Assembly: GCA_030167865.1 (NCBI GenBank)
Contig: JALAGF010004599.1
Coordinates: 1-64,000 of the forward strand
Reading direction: 5' to 3'
Source: Craspedostauros australis
Lineage: Eukaryota
DNA: 64,000 bases
The translations under genes and the position numbers were made by a program. The stretch's first letter is position 1; each line of letters starts with the position of its first letter. This document shows, piece after piece, positions 1 to 9,908 of the stretch. The notes beneath the pieces were generated by a model. That model searched no databases. It saw nothing but the letters and a program-made list of their open reading frames with translations, and was not told the origin of the DNA.

Positions 1-84
1 CATTGAGGTTGGCTATCATTGAGGTTGGCTATCATTGAGGTTGGCTATCATTGAGGTTGGCTATCATTGAGGTTGGCTATCATT
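1..84. repeat. 16-bp tandem repeat (CATTGAGGTTGGCTAT) x5, probably continuing beyond the window edge
   Basis: Five perfect copies at 1-80, plus a partial CATT. Confidence 0.95.
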
Positions 85-764
85 TACACTGTTTGCTCTC
101 AAGTCCGAGTTCGGATGTTGTTATTGGATCGATGAATCGATCGATCGATTGATCGGCCCATTGCATTGTATTGCATGCCAATTGTCAGGAATCGAGGATG
201 CGACTATGTCGTATTATCCTAGATTGCCGCACCTTCCATAATACCAAAAATAGACCAGCCGATCTACCAAAGACGGACACACTCCCAAGTCGCTTGTGAG
301 CCATCGTTATTTGTGTGTCAAGAGTATGACGCACGACTGACAGACGAAAGGTGTGACATGTTTGTGATGACTGACGAACTGACATGGCGAACAATGGATG
401 TAAAACGGAGACCGGAATGCTGAGGCGTTCTAATGACGACAGCTGACCGGTTGAACCAACATCTATGCGAAATCGTTATCAGTGTTGTGTCACTCAGAAC
501 TCAGACCATGATCCCATGAGTGAGAGCGAACCGCGAAGGAGAACAAATCGCGGACTGGAACATCGTCGAAGGATTGAGTCGATCGTGCCAGAACATCATG
601 TTCTAACCCAAGTGCGACCATCAGTGAACATGTGAGAAGAGTGAGTGAACAACACGAATGAGTGCACTGAATGGATGATTGATGCCCGATCGGAAGAGAG
701 TGAAACTTGGCATCAGCATGCATGTACTTCAGGAGTGTAGAAGGGAATCTCTATGAATGAACAT

Positions 765-1765
765 AATGAGATGTGTCAGGATGTACCGGTATGTGCATCG
801 CCCATCCAATCGGTTCGTCTAGACTCGACCAGGTAGCGTCGACAATATTCGTGTCCTGAACGGTTCGTGTTTGAGAGCAACACAAACTCGGACACGCTAA
901 ATCGTCCAAGAATCCCAGCGGGGGATTTGGGACAACCTAATCTGAGAGGATCAGGACCTTTGTATGTCCGCCAACCGACATGGCATCGAGGAAGGGTAAA
1001 TGGAGGTTGCGACGTATCTAAGGTGACAACATGACCATCTGACCACGGTAAGATGACGCAATGAGGAATCAGGGAATACATGGAACAGAGCAGCTGACGT
1101 TGACAGGATGTCATCGTGTCACCACGTCGGCAGCTGTCTCAACATCCGGCAGAGAACAAGGAAGATTCGATGACCGATCGTCATCGAGTTCGTGAAGGGT
1201 CAAGAAGGAGTTCAGCATGAGATGACAGCATCTACACGTGGGCGTAGTAGTGTGCTCGTGGAGGATGAGATGATGAACGACGAATCGAATGTGTAGAACA
1301 GCGTAGGAGGACTACGCGTGAGAGAAAGATAGAGAGAGACGATGATGAGCAACATGAGAGGGAGCACCTCTGCAGCTTGCTCATAGTGGACTCGACATGG
1401 TACAGATCAAAAGGCAGGACGCCCAGGAGCACTGGAGTCAACACCAAGAGTATTGGTTTCTACGCAATGAAATAGCAAGAGAATTGAGAAGCACCACCAC
1501 CACCATCATCTTCATCGCAAGCAACAGCAAGGGTACCGACTTCGGGACTTGCCAACAGAGATGCACCTGAGACACATGATGAGTTGTAAGTGATGGAGGA
1601 GCACTGCAATGATGGATACAGGAGCAACTACAGGGTGCTTCTGCCATCATCATGGGCAAACGATTCGAGGAAGCAAGAAATGGAGATGTTGTTCTCACAG
1701 TTCTAAAACGGTACAGTTTAATAAGCATTGGACTTCAGTACGAATACCCCGGATTTCCAACAAGT
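765..1765. repeat. Left arm of a long degenerate inverted repeat
   Basis: Reverse-complement blocks: 790-800/4010-4020 (11/11), 1094-1140/3670-3716 (43/47), 1466-1478/3336-3348 (13/13), 1694-1718/2867-2891 (24/25), 1746-1763/2816-2833 (18/18). The outer boundary is approximate. Confidence 0.85.
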
Positions 1766-2630
1766 ACTGTTGGATTGCTGTTTGGCAAGGATACCAACAA
1801 GCTCCTTCAAGCTGGCAGTGATGCTTGCCTGCTCAGCGAACACCTCGCAATGCTGTTGCTCAGTGCGCTTGTGCTCTTGCTGTTGCTTCTGCAGAGCGCG
1901 TAGAAGCGGCGATGTCTCTGAGCTGGTGTGGGAATTGCTGTCCGTTGCTGTAGCATCTGGAGAGGTACTGGCATTGATGTGGTTGATACCCAGTACCTCA
2001 ATTGGAGGTGGATTTGACTTTTGCTTCTTTGCGTCAATCCGCTCGATGATCTTTTCTTGAGCCTTCTCCAATGCAGTTGCAAGCAGGAGAGTGTGCTTGT
2101 GCTCTTCCTTCACATCGCGCACAGATGTTCTTGTTTTCTTTGATGCCTTCTTCTTTTTGGTGAGTCATCAGAGGACTGGGCACTGTCGCCGCTGTTGCCA
2201 CCCTTCTTCTTGGCTTTCCCCTTCAAGGAGCTGTGGATGAGGATGGGGGACACTTTCCCAGCATTCGATCAGGCATGTTCTCAACAACTTGCTTCTCTTT
2301 GTCCTGTTGCTCTGCTGTGCTGTTCTTCTTCATGGAGAACGAGTGCTTGAGCTCTTGGATGTCAGTGAGCTTATTGATGTAGGCTGAATATGACTTGTCC
2401 CCACCTGTCCTGCAATCTTAATCTTGGATGTAATAGTCCACAAATACCATGAGGTACTCAAATCGCTCTGCAAGACCTCTCGCATGTGGCACCTTGTTCA
2501 GCCCCAAATTTTGGGATTTGAAGAGATGTTCGCTGCATGCTTTCCAATAATGGGAAGTCACAGACTGCCAGGGCTTGGGATTGTTCGCCCATACATACAT
2601 CATCTTTGACATGTCGATACCACATGGCAT
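1718..2630 (-). pseudogene. Degenerate Myb/SANT(trihelix)-like protein with C-terminal coiled coil, resembling PIF/Harbinger accessory proteins
   Basis: ORF 2418-2954 (W..VT..YW...S.HL......RGLAERFEYLM) continues in frame past a TAA as DCRTGGDKSYSAYINKLTDIQELK...EQQDKEKQ. After frameshifts it joins the coiled-coil ORF 1718-2122. The start is uncertain. Confidence 0.5.
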
Positions 2631-2811
2631 ATCGATCCAGGGGTAGCCTGGGTGGTAATCCATGGAATAGATCAAGTGAGTATGTGCTTGGCTTGCATCC
2701 TTGTTCCTCAAAGTACATGATGCATTGAAGGAAGCGGCATTGGATGAAGAGACAAAGGTGTCGGTGGCCTGCGACAACGAGTGGGTGATATCATTGGCTT
2801 TCTCCTTCTTG

Positions 2812-4045
2812 ACCTTTGTTGGAAATCCGGGGTTATAGTTAGTACTGTAATCTAATCTGCTGCTAGAACTGTACCATTTTAGAACTGTGAGCTCAATCTC
2901 ACTTTCTCTTCCAGTTTCATTTTTCATTGTAGGCATTTGCTGTGGTAGCATCACAGGGCATCGCTGTATTCCCAGGTGCTTCCCTCTGCATTCATCTTGC
3001 CTTGCTTGTGCATCTTCATATGCTTTCCTTTGCGTCCTCGTCTCGACACCTCAGCATTTGCATCTGCGTATTTGTAGCCGTCTACTTTCGCATGGTAGGA
3101 ATCTGCAGTCCTGTGTGCTTGTCCGTAACATGTTTCGATCCTTGATCCCGTGACACCTCATCTCACGATTGGTGTCACCCTTGGCGATGTTCCAAACCTA
3201 TGGTTGTTCTGATCCTTTCTGGTGTTCCAACACTGTGGCGTTTCTTGTCCGTAGGAGGGGCACGTGCCGTGTTGGCAAGTTCCGCTCACGGAAACCTACG
3301 ATCGTGGAAGATGGTGTTGGTTGATAGTTGTTCGTTTGCTATTTCATTACGTGGATACTCCGATCCTCTCGGTGTACACCAGTTCTCTTGCCCGATGCTC
3401 TCGGCGCTCCAATCTGTTTCGTAGATTCGGTCTCCGACTATGAGTCGGTACGCGAGATGCTCTCTCGCTCCTCTCTGTATTCTCTCTCTCTCTTTCTCAA
3501 CATCGTGTACTCGTGCTACACGATACTCCGTGTTCGATGCGTACTCCGCATTCGACACTCCGTTCATTCACTGCTGGCTCCTACCCCATGAGTACTTACC
3601 ATTTGAAGTTCACCTTCAGTATCCATGATCTTCATGGGTCATCGTATCTTCGCCTCCTGCTCTGACTTGGAGACAGATGTCGACGTGGTGACACGATGAC
3701 ATTCTGTCGACGTCAGTAGGCGTCCTTCTGCTCTCCAGATGTCACGTTCCATTGGTGATGCAGTAGTCTGTCAGATGATATCGTCATCTGAGGTTTAGTT
3801 GGGAAGTACCTCGAGATTCTCTTGGTACCATTGATGGATGGACGGACGATGTTCTAATTCTCTCAGAAATCGTCATTTGCAAGTTTCCTCCAGAAATCTT
3901 GCCCCTTTTCGTGTGTTCCATTTCCCCTGTAATTCTGACGAATCACAGCATACTATCGACACGAGTGTAGTTATACCGTCCAAGTGCGTATGAGAGAATA
4001 ACGGGTGAACGATGCACATATAACGTACATCTTGACATATACTCA
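2812..4045. repeat. Right arm of the long degenerate inverted repeat (about 230 bp longer than the left arm)
   Basis: Same matching blocks as the left arm. Coordinate sums shift from ~4810 (outer blocks) to ~4580 (inner blocks), indicating an indel of about 230 bp. Confidence 0.85.
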
Positions 4046-4289
4046 CATGTACATCTCGACAGTGCTGCTCTCCGGAGGGGGTACAGCACTTGCCCACTGC
4101 CGTGCTTCTGTTCTGGCTGACGTTGCTGTCTGCGTGGTTGCCACGGTTGGTTTGGTATCGGGACCTGCTGATCTGTGTTTGGTGAGGTTCTTATATTGCC
4201 AGAGGACAGGCTACCCTTTCTTCTCAGTAGGACTGAGATCAATCACGTTCGTCTTCGATCATGGCCGTAATGAATAATATTCAAGGGTG

Positions 4290-6431
4290 TTACGAATAAT
4301 CTCCAAAGGTGTGACGAATAATGTTGGGAGGTGCGGCAATCACGGGTATTCCGACAAAGTCGTATCCTCGATTCCTAACAGTCACGTTCATCCTGAGCCC
4401 TCTGGATTCCGTCACGAACTTGTCGCTGCCTTTGCAGGCACAGATCGCGTAAGCAATTTGGTGATGACGAATGTAGGCAGTGGCAAGCGTCTTGAGTGAC
4501 AAGTGCTCCCAGCACTTCAGGGAAGCCTGCCACAATTCTTCAGACGACATGATGTTGCTTCCGTGGTTTCTGGCTTGGTATGATGACACATTACGCGACA
4601 ATACTGGGAAGACGCAGTCGTCATTGACGTTGGTGATCGGGGAGTTTGGAGGTTGAATGCGGAGATGCCAACCGAGGCCTTTGAACCGTTCGTTGATGAA
4701 CTCCAGCAGTTCCTGGTTTTGATGAGGCCCCGCACCATCCATTTGGTAGCGAACAACGACTCACATCTCTTTGTTGTCTCCGCGGACTCTGGCAACAAGA
4801 TCTTGGATGGCTGGGATCTCCGAGGTCTCGAAGTACTTTTTGAGACTGAACTTCTTCTTGCTGTTCACTTCTTCTTTGGTCCCCGTGATCTCCAGCACTT
4901 GCCACCTGCGCTCACCTTTCTTCCTCAAGCGGTTCTCTGGGGTTGGTGGGCATTTGTAGTTGCCCCTGCTGTCGTAGACGCGGCCGAACGAATCCTTCAT
5001 CGCGACCTTCCAATGACCAACTCGCTCGAAGTTAAAGAGGTGTGCCGTTCCGCCCTTCTCGAGACAGTTGTCGTTGGGCACAAAGGCGGAAGAAGCAATG
5101 GCCATAGTCTTGACCAAGCGGTTGCGATGTTGACAATGGTGCACAACTGGTTTCACCTTCAATTTCTCAATGGACTTGATGTGCTTTCGTCCGACGATCG
5201 ACCAGGACCACTTCTCATCCATGTGAACAACAATCACTTGCGTGTTTTTGAAGTGCTTCGCTGACTCCCAGAACATGCAGAACTCGTTGGCCCAATCGAT
5301 GCGCTTCTGCACTGTACCTTTGCTGAGGAAGGGGAGGATTTTGGTGGATGTGTACTTGCTGCCTTCGAGCCCCAGTACAAACCTTCGGATGGACATGGGA
5401 CTGACAATGTGCACTTTTCCACTTCCCGCGATTTCGCTTGCAATGTCCCGCCAGGATAGGGCTCCTCCGGACCTCTGCAACACCCGTTGAAGATCGCTCA
5501 GGAGGTGCGGACCACGGTCACGCCACTCCTTCGCAAGGTCCTCTGCAGCCTTCTTTTGGTCTGTTGTCGCATCGGCGAAGGCCATGTCGATGTATTCTTT
5601 GTTCAGTTTCTGCCCAGCGTTGTCTGCATGCAACATCCTCTCAAAGGCTTTCCGAGCTGTGAAGTGTTGACCTTGTATGCGCGTGCTCGTGAACACAGAA
5701 AGCCCAACGTCATCGCACTTCTTCTGTTCCGTATTGCCTTCGCGGAAATCTTTCAACACGCGCGAAACGCAGCTCCTGTCTACACCCCATGCATGCGCAA
5801 TGCAACTGATGAGAAAGGGAGGTGAGCCAAGGATGAGACGAAGCTTGACGATGTTGTCTTTCTCTTCCTCATCCAGATGCTTCTTTCCTTTTGGTGCTGT
5901 TTGCCCGCTGCTGCCTGCAACCGTCCGCAACCAACCCCTTTTGCTCATGTCATTGTGATGCTTTTGCAAATCGGCCAGCACTTCGGCCTTGTCATCCAAA
6001 CAACGTATGAGAAGGCGTCGGATCGGCGTTATCTCTGGTTTCTCTGCTTCTTTCTGGGTGGTGCTGGGAGCTGCAGTCGCGAGGTTGCGGAGCTCGGCGG
6101 CAGAGTGATGGTCGGGAGACAGCAACGACAGTAATGGAAAGGCGTCACTGGGTTCCTGTTTGGTTGCCCCCGCTGGAGCCTCCATGTTGCACACCCTGCA
6201 CGTTGACTCCGGAACGACGTAGCAATGATCTCGCGAGAGGACGGGATTCACCTTCACGAAGGCCTCTTCATCTGCTGCGAGGGGTTCATCGCCTCTGTCC
6301 ACGTATTCATCATTCCTATTCTTTACCTTCTTGCTCAGGCCGACGATGAAGGCCATGCCCAGATTAAAGTACTTGCCGTTGGAGACATGGGGAGCCACCT
6401 CCACGTATTGGCCAATACCAATATGGATCAT
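4290..6431 (-). mobile_element. IS630/Tc1/mariner-superfamily transposase (DD38D, related to plant/oomycete DD39D type), inactivated by one in-frame TGA at 4761-4763
   Basis: VHMDEKWSW (D at 5217-5219), RYQMDGAGPH (D at 4737-4739), QPPNSPITNVND (D at 4620-4622). ORFs 4761-6902 and 4290-4742 are in the same frame (EM*VVVRYQMDG). There are two HTH-like segments. The likely ATG is at 6431, downstream of an (AC)n tract. Confidence 0.85.
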
Positions 6432-8054
6432 GGTGGTGAACGAAAGATGAAATGATGGCTTGGGTTGGTGTGTGTGTGTGTGCACGATTTTCTTGATGAT
6501 GACAGAGATGTGAACAACGAAGGAACATCGCAGGCACACAGTGCCTGTAGAAGCATGATGATCATGTTCCCACAGCACATGGCCGCAGAAATGCATCAAC
6601 GATTGCAGCAACAAGAGAACAGGTTGGAGAGGTTCCAATTGCCCTGCTGGTCGTCCAAACCACATCATTCGTGCGACCACAAACAATGTTCTGTGAAGAA
6701 CGATGGAACAAGAACCCGATGTCATTCTAACGCACTCGACGACACTGCAAAGAACATAATCGAAGTCGTCGATGTGCATGTATTCGTCTGAAACATGGTC
6801 AACTTCCGCAAACCCCAACGATCTGAACAACAAGCCACACACAACAACACGACAATGGCGTCCCACAACAACACTCAGCAACGGCCGCTGAATGGGCCAC
6901 AACTATCATGCCTCCATGAAGACATCCAAGCACATCGGTGGATTCGCCGTGCTTCATATGGTGGATGGGCGAGGTTTCAAATGTATACCCTGCCAATGGA
7001 GGGAGATATAGCGAAAAGAAACAGGAAGGTCGTTTGCACTCAACATGCCCTTTCAAGATACAGAGGTGGCATGATCGACACAGACCATTCCATCCACCAT
7101 TGATGCGCAAGATGCACGAAGTGGATCATATTGGAGGTACCCACGAAGTTTGGCGTCCATCCAGCAGCGGCAAGGTCGTCATCGACAAGTAGAAGTGGAA
7201 AACAAGAGTTTTTGGAGGTGGTGACAGAGCCTGATGCCCTTCCTTTGGGCACCAGTGGCATGCCACACATCCACCAAATGGACAACTCTCCCATCCAAGA
7301 AGCACTCAGAATCACTTAGACAGTCGATTGAGCAATGTGTGTGCGCCGGAAGCATTGCGACATGCGGTCGCTCTCGCTGCCGAAGACAGATGGTGAATTT
7401 TGGCACATCGAAAAACTCGAGAGACAAGTACAAAACCAAGCCGCCCGTCATGGGTATCCACTCGCGAGCCCTTTTGTACGAACCAGTGTGTTTCCTGAAG
7501 CCTACTTGATCCGTAATGCTGCGTGGTGGTGGTGAACAAGGTCGGATGGATGAGATATCTTGGTTGCAGGAAGGCGGACCGGAGTTTGCGTCCATTTTTG
7601 GAAATCCTGAATTCCAGAAATCGCGACCTGGGGAGATGGATATGGACTTTCTGAGTCGAAGGCGTGCCCAGACGATGGATATGGGAGTATACAGAGGCGA
7701 TGGGGTGATCAGATACGATGGATATGACGAGGAAGGGCATGATCATGGACCGTGAAGTGGGGGTTGGGTGTCGCCCAGAGTTTTTCGATGTGACAACACG
7801 CGATATCACGGGCCGAAATGGTATTAAAACTAAAGTTATTTATTTTTAAGTTCGATATTCACTATCACTGATAGTCAGGTATTCACATGGTATGCTCAGT
7901 TTATGGTTTCACTGAGTTGGTGTATAGATATAGCATCATAAGGGGTTGCTGAGGCTGGTTTGGAGTTTGAGTCATGATTAGTCTTGATTTGTCTGCAAAG
8001 CACGACAGAATCCCGCAGTGGGGCCCACAACTAGCATTTGCATGGTGAAATTAC

Positions 8055-8070
8055 CAGTTTACAGAGGGTA
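8055..8070 (-). repeat. Candidate mariner/Stowaway-like terminal inverted repeat end (TA|CCCTCTGTAAACTG)
   Basis: The minus strand reads TA-CCCTCTGTAAACTGG exactly where gag similarity stops. It resembles the CTCCCTCTGTAAA ends of plant DD39D mariners and Stowaway MITEs. No clean partner TIR was found in the window. Confidence 0.35.
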
Positions 8071-8576
8071 GCACCAAGAGTATTGTCCAAGTAGTTCTGG
8101 ATGTCTTCAAGACTGTCTCACATGTTATCAACCTTGGTGAGCTGATCGGGCATGTCCATTGCTGCTGCTTCCTTGATGCATTGCTCCTCCAGGAACAGCT
8201 CCCACAGAGCGAGAAGACGATCCATGGTTGCTTCCATGGCTGAGAATGGACGTTGAATGCGATGAAAACGAAAACGAGCATAACGGAGTTGGCGCAGTTT
8301 GAGTTTGTGGATCCACCCGATGGTGGTTCCTGGATCCTTGATGTGAGATGGTATGGATGTCTTCCCTCCCTTGTAGGCAGGGTTATCGATCAACCCACTG
8401 CCATCACAAATGCGCTTGCACAGTTTGGAGAGGTCATCATCCGTGAGTGAAAGGAGGTCATCGAACCTCATCAAGCCCTGTTCGAACAAGGCACCAGCAA
8501 TCTCATCGTTGGTGATATTCAAAACACCTTGGATGTAGAACTTGATCTTGTTGTTGTTGATTGTTGGGACAGCCAT
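8069..8576 (-). mobile_element. Truncated gag of a Ty1/copia (diatom CoDi-like) LTR retrotransposon
   Basis: QGL..FDDLLSLTDDDLSKLCKRI...G.IDNP...DPG..IGWIH.LKLRQLRY..F.FHRIQRP...ATMDRL, then in frame after a TGA (8118-8120) DSLEDIQNYLDNTLGAT. This fits the N-terminal Gag pattern of diatom copia elements as I recall it. Confidence 0.6.
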
Positions 8577-9052
8577 GTTGTCGTTATTGCGTATAAGCGT
8601 GAGTATGATGATGTGAAAAGAGAAACGAGAGAGAAAAGGAAAGTTTGTTGTTGACAGAACACACACTGGGACAACGTGTGTTTCGTCCAAAAGGGGGTTC
8701 AGCATGTTGTTTCATGGTGTTGATCCACGATGAGGAGCACAGGTCTGGTGAATTACACACGGTTCCGCGCTGAGAAAAACAGCAAGTGCCCTCGTAGGAA
8801 TCTCCGTGTGACCGACGGTAGGTGCGTCCACCATTGTCATCCACACCTCACAAAAGCGAACGATGGGATTGCATCCCTCTGACACCGGTCACTTCGTGTC
8901 AGAACATCATGGTCAAAGGAGGTACAGCACTGTACAAGCCGTGCCAGCTGATGACGGTTCACCCTCGAAGCGGTGCCCCAGTATTATCGTTGCCTCTTCA
9001 GGCAGTCCCTCGCGTTAACACGTACTCAATTGAGCGGATGAGAATGATAAAC

Positions 9053-9352
9053 CAAGTTACTACACGCATGAAACCCAAAAAGAGTTGTGAAAGCGTAAGA
9101 ACGCAGATTATGAGTCTTAGCGAGAACAACTTGTCTGCTGGATGCACTACTGCTGCTATCTGATTGGTTGACACCTGTGTTCACACCGCAAACGCCAATT
9201 TAACGGTTTCATGTCCGTCTCTTCTTGCGACTTTGATCAATAGTTCGAAACCAAGAACCTCCGTTTGAACGGATAGTCATTGAACGCAAGTTACGACACA
9301 CGTGAAACCCAATTAGGATGAAAAAGAGTAAAGATGCAGATTATGAGTCTTA
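9053..9352. repeat. Degenerate direct repeat (~65 bp, ~234 bp apart) upstream of gag, probably within an LTR
   Basis: caagttactacacgcatgaaaccca...gcagattatgagtctta (9053-9119) versus caagttacgacacacgtgaaaccca...gcagattatgagtctta (9287-9352). Confidence 0.7.
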
Positions 9353-9908
9353 TCGATGTCGTATGCGTCAACGTGGTTGCTGCATTGCTATGTCGTCCAT
9401 GACTGGTAACAGCGTCTATCATGTAACGCCGTTTCAACGGTTTCATACTTATCCCGGTTTGAACGGACAAACGGACATTTTGTCGGACCGATATCAGATG
9501 ACGGCTGTGTCCGACAATCGCAACTGTTCGTCAAAGTGCGTTCTGTGAATTCGCAACAAGAAAAAAGGTGAAATGTCGGTACAACGTCGAAAACCCCAAC
9601 TTTTTGGCAACCTCCTTGGCTGAGTTGATTGGCTCGATTGCTTCGTTTGACACGACGACAGGATCTTCGCCGGAAAATCCATGTCACACACATCAGCGTT
9701 CTGCCCAACACGACAATCCACCCAACCGGAGTCAGTGCGCCGCCATTCCTCCTTCTCTCTTGACATGGGAGAACTGCGCAGCTCGCAAATCAGGAACCTT
9801 CGATGCGAGTGGGCGCAGCATGACCCATGTACCATACTGAGAGCACCTCTCCCTGAACCACCATCACTGTCGCAAACAAGGTCAGAACAAACACCACCGC
9901 AAGCAAGG

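Noticed and set aside
1-84. CRISPR array or telomere
   Set aside because: There are no spacers, the context is eukaryotic, and the unit does not resemble TTAGGG-type repeats.
6432-7600. N-terminal extension of the 713-aa ORF, or a separate gene at 6465-7535 on the plus strand
   Set aside because: Both strands are semi-open in the same register with no recognisable motif. The coding strand cannot be determined, and an (AC)n tract before the ATG at 6431 suggests UTR.
238-7826. TAATACCA at ~239 and its reverse complement at ~7819 as transposon TIRs
   Set aside because: Only 8 bp match and the similarity does not extend inward.
8011-8035. Helitron 3' end (GC hairpin plus CTAG)
   Set aside because: The hairpin is short and too close to CTAG, and the next base is not T.
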